Shown here piece by piece: positions 21,321 through 30,483 of a DNA stretch of 64,000 bases (positions are counted from its first letter, which is position 1; each line of letters starts with the position of its first letter). The notes under the pieces were generated by a model, which was not told the DNA's origin, ran no database searches, and saw only the letters and a list, made by a program, of their open reading frames with translations. The position numbers and the translations under genes were made by a program. This stretch comes from Gammaproteobacteria bacterium (GTDB lineage: Bacteria > Pseudomonadota > Gammaproteobacteria > Eutrophobiales > Eutrophobiaceae): contig CBDCTH010000012.1 of the NCBI GenBank assembly GCA_965222155.1, forward strand, positions 384,001 to 448,000, written 5' to 3'.

Positions 21321-22079
21321 TTATGACTCTGTTGGGGTCATCGTCGTCAATGTTTTTTTCTGTTTTCGCATGGATTCACCCTTGAGTTGTATTTTGTAAG
21401 CATTGTGCACCAGGCGGTCAAGGATGGCATCGGCGAGGGTGGGGTCGCCGATGCTGTGATGCCATTTTTCGGCCGGTAATTGACTGGTAGCGAGGGTGGA
21501 GCGTGCGCCGTGGCGGTCTTCCAGGATTTCCAGCAGGTCACGGCGCTGCGCTGCGTTCAATTTGACCAGGCCCCAGTCATCGAGGATGAGGGCCTGGGTT
21601 TTTGCCAGGGTGGTGAGGAGCTTGGGATAGCGTCCATCGCCCTTGGCGATGGACAGGTCCTGGAGGAGTCTGGGCAGGCGCAGGTAGAGGGCGGTGTAGC
21701 CGTGCCGGCAGGCGTTGTGTGCCAGGGCACAGGCGAGCCAGGTTTTGCCGACGCCGGTGGGGCCGGTGATGAGGATATTGAGGTGTTCGCGGACCCACTG
21801 GCAGGTGGCCAGTGATTGCATCAGGGATTTATCCAGTCCGCGCGGGTGGCGATAGTCGATATCCTCCAGGGTGGCATTGTGTTTGAGGCGGGCGCGTCGC
21901 AGCCGGTTGGACAGGCGTCGGTTGTCCCGTTCGGTTATCTCCCGGTCGACGAGCAGGCCGAGGCGTTCCTCGAAGCTGAGGGTATCGATATCGGGCACGG
22001 ACATCTGCTCGGTGAGGGCGGCAGCCATACCGGTGCATTTCAAGGTCTGGAGTTTGTCCAGGGTGGGATGTATCAACAT
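21321..22079 (-). CDS. istB: IS21 helper ATPase IstB
   Basis: GPTGVGKT, LILDDWG, TSQLP, AILDRLVH; start placed at MLIHPT. Confidence 0.95.
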   Translation of the reverse strand: MLIHPTLDKLQTLKCTGMAAALTEQMSVPDIDTLSFEERLGLLVDREITERDNRRLSNRLRRARLKHNATLEDIDYRHPRGLDKSLMQSLATCQWVREHLNILITGPTGVGKTWLACALAHNACRHGYTALYLRLPRLLQDLSIAKGDGRYPKLLTTLAKTQALILDDWGLVKLNAAQRRDLLEILEDRHGARSTLATSQLPAEKWHHSIGDPTLADAILDRLVHNAYKIQLKGESMRKQKKTLTTMTPTES

Positions 22080-22098
22080 AGCAGTCTCCTGTCGTGGG

Positions 22099-23640
22099 TC
22101 AGTGGTAGTAGGATGGGCCACGGATATTGTCGTGGTCATCAGGTAAGGCCGCCTCGGTCTGCTCGGCGAGGGGTTGCCGGTCCAGGCCGTGGCGGAGGAT
22201 GGATTCGATACTTTTGTAACTGTGGCTGCCCAGGGTGAGGGCGCGTTGGCAGGCGGCCTCCAGCCGGTCGTCGCCGTAGGTTTTAGCCAGGCGCAGGATC
22301 CCTAAGCAACTGCGGTAGGCCTGCTGGGGGTGCTTGCGGGCAGACAGGACACGGAGGATAAGGGTTTCTGTGGCCGGCCCGACCTGCGCGGCCCAGCGGC
22401 CCAGGCGTTGCGGGGACCACTCGCCGGCCTGGCGGTGCGCCTCGGGCATGTGGGCCGGGACGGTGGTATGACGTGCCTTATGATACGAGCGTCGATGGCT
22501 GGCGATGCGCTGGCCGCGATGAAAGCATTCAATGGTGTTGGCGGTGATGCGCACGTCCAGTTGTTTTTTGATGAGCGCGTGGGGCACGGAGTAGTAATGG
22601 CCATGGACCTCGATGTGATAGTCGATATGGACCCGCGCCTGCTTCCACTCGGCGTATTCGTACGCTTCGACGGGCAGGGGGCGCAGGGCCGGTTTATCCA
22701 GTTGCTCAAACAGCGCGCGCCGGGTGCCCGGCAGTTTCTTGAAGGGCCGGTTGTTGAGCGTCTCCAGCAACGCCCGGATGGCGCGGTTCAACTCTGCCAG
22801 GGAGAAGCACTGACGCTGGCGCAGGGCGGCGAGGATCCAGCGCTCTACCACCTGTACCGCGACCTCGGCTTTCGCTTTGTCACGGGGACGACGCACCCGT
22901 GCCGGGACAATGGCGACCCCGTAATGGGTGGCCAGGTCCTGGTAGGTGGGGTTGATGTCCGGCTCATAGCGATGCGCCTTGCTGACCCCGGCGCGTAAAT
23001 TATCCGGCACCACCACTTCAGGCACACCGCCCAGGTAGGTAAAACAGCGCACGTGGGCGCCGATCCAATCTTCCAGGCCCTGGCTCCAGGTGGCCTCGGC
23101 ATAGGTGTAGTTCGACGCGCCCAGCGCTGCCACAAACACCTCTGCCTCACGGACTTCCCCGGTTGCCGGGTTGATGACCTGAGCACGCATACCGGCATAA
23201 TCCACGAACAGCTTCTCACCGGCCCGGTGACTCTGGCGCATGACCAGATCCAGCTTGCCACGCCACGTCCGATAATGCTGGCAGAACCAGGTGTACTGAT
23301 AGCCTTGCGGGTGAGTCTGGCGATACTCATGCCATAACAACTGCAAGGTGACGCCCGGGCGTTTCAACTCCCGATGAATGTGTGACCAATCGGGCACGCC
23401 GCGGGCCGCGGCGGGCACGGCCGGGGCGGGCGGAAACAGCAAGCGCTCCAGCGCCCCGTCATCCAGCGCCGCAGGCAGCGGCCAGCTCATCCCGGCCGCC
23501 TCAGCACGGCGCAGGTAATCATCCACCGTCGGGCGTGAGACCCCGCAACTGCCGGCCGCCTTGCGCTTGCTCAGACCCTGGCTCCAGCACAGGCGTAATA
23601 CGTCTTTTATCTTTCTCATGGACAACCTCTTTGCAGGCAT
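22099..23640 (-). CDS. istA: IS21 transposase IstA
   Basis: N-terminal HTH; FVDYAG, VVPDNL and KAKAEVAVQ DDE motifs. Confidence 0.95.
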   Translation of the reverse strand: MPAKRLSMRKIKDVLRLCWSQGLSKRKAAGSCGVSRPTVDDYLRRAEAAGMSWPLPAALDDGALERLLFPPAPAVPAAARGVPDWSHIHRELKRPGVTLQLLWHEYRQTHPQGYQYTWFCQHYRTWRGKLDLVMRQSHRAGEKLFVDYAGMRAQVINPATGEVREAEVFVAALGASNYTYAEATWSQGLEDWIGAHVRCFTYLGGVPEVVVPDNLRAGVSKAHRYEPDINPTYQDLATHYGVAIVPARVRRPRDKAKAEVAVQVVERWILAALRQRQCFSLAELNRAIRALLETLNNRPFKKLPGTRRALFEQLDKPALRPLPVEAYEYAEWKQARVHIDYHIEVHGHYYSVPHALIKKQLDVRITANTIECFHRGQRIASHRRSYHKARHTTVPAHMPEAHRQAGEWSPQRLGRWAAQVGPATETLILRVLSARKHPQQAYRSCLGILRLAKTYGDDRLEAACQRALTLGSHSYKSIESILRHGLDRQPLAEQTEAALPDDHDNIRGPSYYH

Positions 23641-24275
23641 CTGTGTCTCCTCCTTTCAGTAGAAATAAGGACACAGGATACCCTTGGTTATCCACGTCAA
23701 ACGCGCCGGTTATCTACCTCCTTGGGGGTGGCAGCTTTGCCGTGTAATGGGTGGCAGCTTTGCTGTGAAATACGCAACCTGCAGGGAGAAACTGGGCTGG
23801 TGAGAGTATTGTTCTGTCTGTATGGGCAGGAGGCGTTTGGGGTTTTTGAGGGGGTTTTGAAAAATCTCTAATGACAGTGTTGGCAGGTTGCGGAAACTTG
23901 CCGAATACGCCGGCGTGATTAGAATAGCGGCACCCTAAAACCGGCCAGAATTAAATTGAAACGGTACTAGTACCTTTTCCAGTTAATTCTGATCAGTTGA
24001 CGGGTCAAAGTTAATCAAGCTGCGGCAGTAGACGGGCTGGTATAGCGAGAGACACGCTACGAACCATTCCCGGTTGTTTACGAATCAGTCCCATCTCCTG
24101 CAAATGGGTCAAAGTTCTTCCACGTTTGCCGTTTTTTTCATTTCAGTTATGCACAAGACAAAATCGTTGAACCACAACACAAACATACACCATATATAGC
24201 ATAGGGGCATGCCGGAAATTCCGAATTTTCAGGTGTCTAGTTCCGGGGTCATCAACCTGAATTTTTCAGAATACC

Positions 24276-25043
24276 TTATTTTTTAACCCTGTCTTCTTTA
24301 CTATCGTTGGTCTGCAACACCCCTGAAATTTGACGCTCTGTTCCAGCTGCTATATCCGTAGCAAATCTTTCACTAAAGCCTGTTAGAAACGCTATGGCAA
24401 AAAAGAAGTATTCTTCAGTATCCGCTTCAAAGGCCAGAGGTAGCATTCCAGACCTGATAAGGGCAAATACGAAGAGCGCGAATCCGGTTCCAATTAACGG
24501 TTTAAAGAAACCTATGGCAATTAAAACAAAGCGATCAGTTTTCTCCAAATTAGAAAAGTCCTGTATTCTGACCATGACGCTAATGATGCTACCTAGGCCA
24601 CCCCCGATAATTACTAGCATGAGAAGCTCTATGGGAATGCCTAGAAAGTGCTCTGTATTATTAATCAATAGTGGAAGTAACATCATCGCAGCTGCTAAAA
24701 CCACGTATAACAACAAACCTAAACCGAAGACAACAAGCGTGGGGGGTGTGCCACTTTGCCAAATCTTATTCATTGGGCTTTTTCTAATACGAATACCCTT
24801 TGTTATTTTCTTTCGCAAATCAGTAGCGAGTTTTACATTTGGCTTGTCAAGCAGAAGCGAGTGGACAGCAATTTCCAATAAGCTCACAAATGAAGCGTAT
24901 TCTGGTTTTCGAATTTCTTCTGTGAGTGCTAAAACACTGGCGAGTTCAGTTTGAATGGTAATGTCGGTCGCTTTTGAGAGATTTTCTTTTACTTCTAACA
25001 AAATAGAATCGACATTTGTTGTTTGTTCAGTTTGGTTTGCCAT
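24276..25043 (-). CDS. hypothetical membrane protein with about 4 TM segments
   Basis: Soluble N-terminus plus four hydrophobic segments (GGGLGSIISVMVR, KPLIG, AFLTGFSERF); last gene of the defence run. Confidence 0.7.
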   Translation of the reverse strand: MANQTEQTTNVDSILLEVKENLSKATDITIQTELASVLALTEEIRKPEYASFVSLLEIAVHSLLLDKPNVKLATDLRKKITKGIRIRKSPMNKIWQSGTPPTLVVFGLGLLLYVVLAAAMMLLPLLINNTEHFLGIPIELLMLVIIGGGLGSIISVMVRIQDFSNLEKTDRFVLIAIGFFKPLIGTGFALFVFALIRSGMLPLAFEADTEEYFFFAIAFLTGFSERFATDIAAGTERQISGVLQTNDSKEDRVKK

Positions 25044-25078
25044 TATATCGGTATTCAGGTTGGGAGATTAAACCTACT

Positions 25079-25993
25079 CTAGTTTCGTGATTTCAAGCGT
25101 AAGACAAACGATTCAGGCGCCACTTCAAACTGATCTTCAAAAAAGATTCCAATCCATTCTCGGACTATTCTCCACTGTGCTCGAACATCCTGTTCTATTA
25201 AGTCGGGGCGAGCTTCTTTAATACGTTCTATCCCGTCAGTATCCGAAAGACCTTGTGGCACAATATCAATAATTCCAGCGAATGCAGGGATTTGCAGAAG
25301 TGTATCCCGTACTCTAGTTTTGAAAACCTTTTCCGATAGTCCTGGTTGGATATGTAAGTCTTTTAAATCAGCAAGACCATCTTCCTTTGTCCCAGATACA
25401 ACTACAGTTGTTTCAGGGTTAGAGTAGATCTCATATAGCTTATCAGGCGCTGCACAGCGAGGGAGCCAGGTAACTTGGTGGACTGAACTATCTCCTGCCA
25501 TCTTTTCTCCTTCTTCATGCTTTGTCATCTTGAGGGCGTTGGCCAATTCCTCTATTTTAGAGTGAATTTCGATGGTTGCTATTTCTGCTGTGTCGAGCCG
25601 TTGTAATAAATTAACGATGTCTGGGTCTATAGATTTAGCTGGGACCAGAAGTTCTACATTGCTATTTTTTGCCCACCCTAATGCGCTGGCTGTAAGATTT
25701 GCTGAACCAACTAGACATAGATCATCTGCGAGATACAGTTTTGCGTGTAGGTCATTTAACAATCTGAGTTCTGTATGCGGTCTCTCATTTACAATCTGCA
25801 ATACTTCAAGATCACTGACACCTGCTGCAACTTCAGTTGCTCGCCATCGGGTAAAAATTTGAACAGGAATATTTGTTGGTATGATTGGTAATATTGTCTT
25901 TAATACATCCGCTTTAATAAATGGAGCACATAAGATCACTCTGACGTGAGCTTTTTTGAGTAGTGTTTTTAGTCGTTCTCCGTCTGCAATCAT
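25079..25993 (-). CDS. phospholipase D (HKD) family nuclease
   Basis: CAPFIK; single HKD motif LHAKLYLADD...VGSANLT. Confidence 0.85.
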   Translation of the reverse strand: MIADGERLKTLLKKAHVRVILCAPFIKADVLKTILPIIPTNIPVQIFTRWRATEVAAGVSDLEVLQIVNERPHTELRLLNDLHAKLYLADDLCLVGSANLTASALGWAKNSNVELLVPAKSIDPDIVNLLQRLDTAEIATIEIHSKIEELANALKMTKHEEGEKMAGDSSVHQVTWLPRCAAPDKLYEIYSNPETTVVVSGTKEDGLADLKDLHIQPGLSEKVFKTRVRDTLLQIPAFAGIIDIVPQGLSDTDGIERIKEARPDLIEQDVRAQWRIVREWIGIFFEDQFEVAPESFVLRLKSRN

Positions 25994-26013
25994 GAGCAGT
26001 CCTCACAAAATAG

Positions 26014-27870
26014 TTACAGTGAGTAGCTATCATCCGGTTCTAAAAACTTCGCTGCGATTTGTCCCCAGTCAAATCTTACCTTCTGTAGGGCTTTGGAGCG
26101 CTCAATACCTGCTTCCCTTTCATAGCGTCCCCATGCTGCAAAGATAATTTTCCCCGCATTTACTGCTCTTGTTAATCGTTCAAGTACTTCTTCTCTCGTG
26201 AACTCGCTTACATCCTCGTCAGTAGTGGCGATCGTACCAAAGATATCGTCGAAAGCCGGGTGTTTCCTGTTGAATATTATTTCGGTAACATTTCCCTTCA
26301 TCTCTACATTAAACAGTTGATATGCATCAGGAAAATCTGCCTCTAGAAATACTACTTTTAAGTCTGCATCTCTGATGAGTGAAATAAGCTGTTCAGCATC
26401 CGCCTCACTATATTTCTTGTTTTCAGTGAGATCGGTTCGGATATCATCAAGGTCACTTTCTGTGGGTGATTTCTTATCATCTTCAAGAGGACGTTCTTTT
26501 GAACGTTCCTTCCATCCCTGGTTGGCTGCTTTGGTTACGTCGTCAGCTTCATCATGGCGATTTCGTCTGCTTGATCGCTTACCTGCCCCTTGAGCCTTTA
26601 TCAAAGCACGTAGTTGAATGATATTACGTTTGATACCGTTACTTACGCCAAGTAACCACCCGCGAGGATCACCTTCCTCCTTCAGGCGATTTACGACATC
26701 AATAAATTGTTCACCTTCTTCAGCGAGTTCTTCCCATTCCATGGTAGCTAATTCAGCAAAATGGGTTGCTGCTTGCTTATTGTTTGTAACGCCAAATACC
26801 TCGTCGAGTTGAGGAGGGAACTCTACTTCAGCACCCCACCACCTTTCCCTGGGGTCGTATCCAATGCACCATCCGTGATCAAGCATGATCTCGCGTCGCG
26901 CGCGAAGTACTGAAACACCAATGTTACTTGCTGCATGTTTCCCATATTTTGTACTTCCTCGATCAAATGTGCCAGCTTCTGAAATCGTATCTTCAGTCGC
27001 TATCGAATAGCGAGTTATTACTGGATAGACATGCCCTTTATACTCAATTTCATGTGTTTCATTAAACACATCTTCAAACATAGGACGTTCATTAAATGGT
27101 GGCGGCAAAGACATTATAGGTGCAAGATAAAGTGGATCATTAATTTTGGTTTCTCTGTCAATTAATACATTATTGTTATCCTCTTCAATTGCGTGCAGCC
27201 GTATCTTTACAGTGTCATCAGCAATGAAGTTCCTATACACTCGTCCCACTATCTCCTCTGTGCGAAGTAGAGCACGTTCGGCACGTTTCCATGTCAATCT
27301 TTCAAAGTCAAGATCTGACCATACCACTAAGGTCCCATGTTGCCCGATGTCTTCTGAAAACTCTCGCCATGTTTCAGGAACTCTATCACGCTTAGGTTCT
27401 GGTATTTTTTTCATATCACCTGACTCGACTTGACTAAGGTCAATGAACGACGTTATTGCATTATCCGGTCCATTCTGCCAAGTCCAAACATCCACTCGTC
27501 TAGCTTGTGAGATAGATGCATTTGGAAGCCCCATACCGAAACGACCGATACCAGTTCGGTCACCAAGACGTGTGCCGTTACCAAATTGGAGTGCCATCCA
27601 TAAAGTCTGCAAATCCATACCTGCTCCATTGTCAAGCACTGCTATTTTCCAAAGCCTTGAACGCTCACGCTTATGAACTTGTTCGCGTTTTTCTATACAG
27701 AACACCTCAATCATTGAAGCTTCGGCTTGAACAGCGTTGTCTATCAGTTCCGCAAGTGCATAGGCTGTGTTCTTGTACCCCGAATCACGCATAGCAGTAA
27801 TTGCGAGACTCGGAGGAATGATTTGAGCGTCAAACAGGTCACTTTGTTTAAAATTCTCGCTGCTAGTCAT
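26014..27870 (-). CDS. MORC-like GHKL ATPase
   Basis: AELIDNAVQA, DNGAGM, GIGRFGMGL, HGTLVVW; start placed at MTSSEN, overlapping the helicase stop by 8 bp. Confidence 0.87.
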   Translation of the reverse strand: MTSSENFKQSDLFDAQIIPPSLAITAMRDSGYKNTAYALAELIDNAVQAEASMIEVFCIEKREQVHKRERSRLWKIAVLDNGAGMDLQTLWMALQFGNGTRLGDRTGIGRFGMGLPNASISQARRVDVWTWQNGPDNAITSFIDLSQVESGDMKKIPEPKRDRVPETWREFSEDIGQHGTLVVWSDLDFERLTWKRAERALLRTEEIVGRVYRNFIADDTVKIRLHAIEEDNNNVLIDRETKINDPLYLAPIMSLPPPFNERPMFEDVFNETHEIEYKGHVYPVITRYSIATEDTISEAGTFDRGSTKYGKHAASNIGVSVLRARREIMLDHGWCIGYDPRERWWGAEVEFPPQLDEVFGVTNNKQAATHFAELATMEWEELAEEGEQFIDVVNRLKEEGDPRGWLLGVSNGIKRNIIQLRALIKAQGAGKRSSRRNRHDEADDVTKAANQGWKERSKERPLEDDKKSPTESDLDDIRTDLTENKKYSEADAEQLISLIRDADLKVVFLEADFPDAYQLFNVEMKGNVTEIIFNRKHPAFDDIFGTIATTDEDVSEFTREEVLERLTRAVNAGKIIFAAWGRYEREAGIERSKALQKVRFDWGQIAAKFLEPDDSYSL

Positions 27871-29497
27871 GCCATACATCCTCCCAATTGGTAAACGCAT
27901 CAGCAATATCGCCAAAACCAGGTAAGTCAATATCAATCACTGTAGAAATTTCGCAAATTTTATTACCGCCAGCTTTAGGTCCTCTTGTTGCGCGACCCAC
28001 CATCTGACTGAAAAGAACAAGGGATTTAGTAGGTCGAGCGATCACGGCAGCGCTCGTGTTAGGAGCGTCAAACCCGGTCGTTAGGACGCCGAAATTGCAT
28101 AGGACAATCGGCTTTGTCGAAGGTCTTCGAAACATTCTAATGCTTCTTATGCGGGAAGTAGAATTTGTTTTACCAGTCACAACTTGTCCATCAATCCCCA
28201 AAGCTGACAGAGCCGCAGCTAACAACTCAGCGTGTCGTACTGACGAGCCGAAAAGTATAATTCGGCTATGTCCCTTTTCTATCAAACGTCGTATTTCGTT
28301 AATTATTATGACATTTCGACCTGATTGTTGAGCTAGCAATTCTAGCACCGCTGAATCATAGTCGTCCCATCTACCTGAATCCTTTAGATATGGCTTAAGA
28401 TCAGATGTCGCTTCAAACTCCAAGCGTCGAAAAGTTGGTCGAGCCAAATATCCCTGTTCTATAAGAAAAGCAACTGGATCGTCCCAACCCTCGACTTCCA
28501 ACATGACCTTTCGGCCACCGAAAAATTCAGAGAGCTGTTCATCGGCTGCAATATCTGACCATGTGCGACCCGGTGTCGCCGTCAAACCGACAAGAGCGTT
28601 ATTTGAGCCAGTTTCTGTCAAGATATCAATTATGTCCCGATAGGTTGGCGCAATTGCCTGATGCGCCTCATCAACAATGACTAGCTTTACAGATTTTGCG
28701 AGCCTCAAAACGCCGATATGATCCCTCGTTTTAAGAGCATACATTTTTTGTAACCCGGCGAATATTATGCAATCTGAGGGTGTAGTTAGATCTGGTGAGT
28801 AATTCCCCCAATATCGCAATATGCTTACCTCACGGTTACCGAGTTGTGACCAGGCATTTTGGAAAGCGTCTGCTGCCTGGTCGAGTAACTCTGAACTTGC
28901 AGCTAACCAAACGATAACCGAAGGTTCAGAGGCAGTCATAAATCTGCTAACAATATGCATAGCTGTTCTAGTCTTACCTGCACCGGTTGGCATGTGGAGG
29001 ACAACTCGTCCATGACCGCCTCGGATTGCATTACATACTCGGTCGGCTACTCGTCGTTGATGTGGAAACAGCCCATAGTTAGCTCGAACCTCTTCCAGTT
29101 CGTACTCAAGAGAGAACGGAACAGCTTCATGTGTATCGATCCCAAAAAAGCCCAAAAAGGACTGCCAAGTTTTAGTATTCGCTGTTAAATCCAGGGAGCG
29201 AAACACGGCTATATCCTTTACGCCTAAACGGTTTACTAACTCCGTGAGTTTTCCTTCCGACAGTGCGTTGAAGCATATCTTTTGGATATCCCTACGCGCC
29301 ATCAAAGTGTCTGCCTGCTCTCGCAGTATTTCGGTAGCGATTCGGCGGAGTGTTAAATTAATATCTTTGGGATCGGAAATAGCTTCCACAAGCGAGATGA
29401 TGTCTTTCCCAAGAATTTTATATAAATCATCCATGCTTATGCGGTTTACAACCTCATCCAAGTCCTGTCCAGGACTGTTACCATAGAATGCTTCCAT
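27863..29497 (-). CDS. SF2 DEAH-box helicase/translocase (restriction-type)
   Basis: MPTGAGKT, VDEAH, GLTATP, TTGFDAP, QMVGRATRG. Confidence 0.92.
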   Translation of the reverse strand: MEAFYGNSPGQDLDEVVNRISMDDLYKILGKDIISLVEAISDPKDINLTLRRIATEILREQADTLMARRDIQKICFNALSEGKLTELVNRLGVKDIAVFRSLDLTANTKTWQSFLGFFGIDTHEAVPFSLEYELEEVRANYGLFPHQRRVADRVCNAIRGGHGRVVLHMPTGAGKTRTAMHIVSRFMTASEPSVIVWLAASSELLDQAADAFQNAWSQLGNREVSILRYWGNYSPDLTTPSDCIIFAGLQKMYALKTRDHIGVLRLAKSVKLVIVDEAHQAIAPTYRDIIDILTETGSNNALVGLTATPGRTWSDIAADEQLSEFFGGRKVMLEVEGWDDPVAFLIEQGYLARPTFRRLEFEATSDLKPYLKDSGRWDDYDSAVLELLAQQSGRNVIIINEIRRLIEKGHSRIILFGSSVRHAELLAAALSALGIDGQVVTGKTNSTSRIRSIRMFRRPSTKPIVLCNFGVLTTGFDAPNTSAAVIARPTKSLVLFSQMVGRATRGPKAGGNKICEISTVIDIDLPGFGDIADAFTNWEDVWHD

Positions 29498-29640
29498 AAT
29501 TTTGTTGTACCTTTCCTAGATGGTTAGTCAGATGGGTTATATCTCCATTGTTTGGCAGGGATTATATTTATGAGCGTGCGTTCTGCTAAACATTTTACCT
29601 AGAGAAGCCTGAAATACTAGATTTGGAGTAACTATTTGAA

Positions 29641-30483
29641 TTATTTATGACAAGCCAAACAAACCTTCGCCTGCCCGTATAAATCGTCAATATCCAGAGG
29701 ATCATTATCAGGACGTAAAGGATTAGGCTGGACCTTGGAGCGCATACGAAATAGACGCTGTTCATGCTCCAGCCTGATTTGTCTGACACGTTCCGGCTTC
29801 TCCAGTTCTTCAAGCGCTTCGCCCTGACACCAGGTGAAAGGAGAACCGTGTTCCACGGAGTTCTTTTCGTAAGTTTTAGCTTCCTCAAATGCTTCAGGGT
29901 GATACTCTTTCAACCGGACCCATTCGATTTTTTGTTGGAAAAAACAGAAAGTGCAGCCACTGCGGGTACGCCATGCGTAATATGTCGGCAAGCCCAGACC
30001 CGCGCCATCTAGTATATCAAGAACGCCTGTCTTGTCGATCCCGACTTCCTTGAAAGGTAGACGCACTATAAGCCTGTCGTTTTTGGAGGCATAGCCTTCT
30101 CGATATTCCTCGTCCGAACGGATAGCGACATAGCTGTAGATGGTCTCCCCATTTTCGAGCTTGGGACGCAGCCATTGTTCGAACGGCCGCAGCTTCAGTT
30201 GTCTGGTACACCAGCGGCTTTGAGGTGAAGGTAGGAAATCATTGTATTGCTTGAGCCAGAAATCAAAATCCCGGTCGGGATTCAGCCGTAATATCGGCTG
30301 GCCCAAAAAACCTTCCAAACGCCCAAGATATTCGTACACTTCCGGCAATTCTTTGCCGGTGTCCGTAAAAAAGTATTCAATTTCCAGTTCCGGATGGTGT
30401 TGCCGCATATAAACTGCCAAGGCTGCGCTATCCCGACCGCCGGACAGGCCTAGTACATGTCTTTCTGCCACCGCAATACTCAT
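29641..30483 (-). CDS. sspD: PAPS-reductase-family protein, SspD/DndC-like
   Basis: PP-loop LSGGRDS, RWCT, SGCTFC, C-terminal CLAC; ATGA overlap with the upstream ATPase gene. Confidence 0.8.
   Translation of the reverse strand: MSIAVAERHVLGLSGGRDSAALAVYMRQHHPELEIEYFFTDTGKELPEVYEYLGRLEGFLGQPILRLNPDRDFDFWLKQYNDFLPSPQSRWCTRQLKLRPFEQWLRPKLENGETIYSYVAIRSDEEYREGYASKNDRLIVRLPFKEVGIDKTGVLDILDGAGLGLPTYYAWRTRSGCTFCFFQQKIEWVRLKEYHPEAFEEAKTYEKNSVEHGSPFTWCQGEALEELEKPERVRQIRLEHEQRLFRMRSKVQPNPLRPDNDPLDIDDLYGQAKVCLACHK

Larger units (their letters stand above)
21218..23776 (-). mobile_element. IS21-family insertion sequence
   Basis: Terminal IRs tgcgtatttcac / gtgaaatacgca; 7-bp target duplication ACCTGCA at 21211-21217 and 23777-23783; istA-istB. 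Confidence 0.95.
20784..23871 (+). pseudogene. macrodomain (ADP-ribose-binding/hydrolase) protein interrupted by IS21
   Basis: GDIT, AIVNAAN, GAGVAGAI, FPAISTGVFG; removing the IS and one target copy restores ...DYLQGETGLVRVLFCLYGQEAFGVFEGVLKNL* (TAA 23869-23871). Confidence 0.9.

Noticed and set aside
23946-24130. Palindrome at 23946-23991 and a short minus-strand wHTH-like tail (GLIRKQPGMVRSVSL)
   Set aside because: Too fragmentary to call; probably a gene remnant at the island edge.
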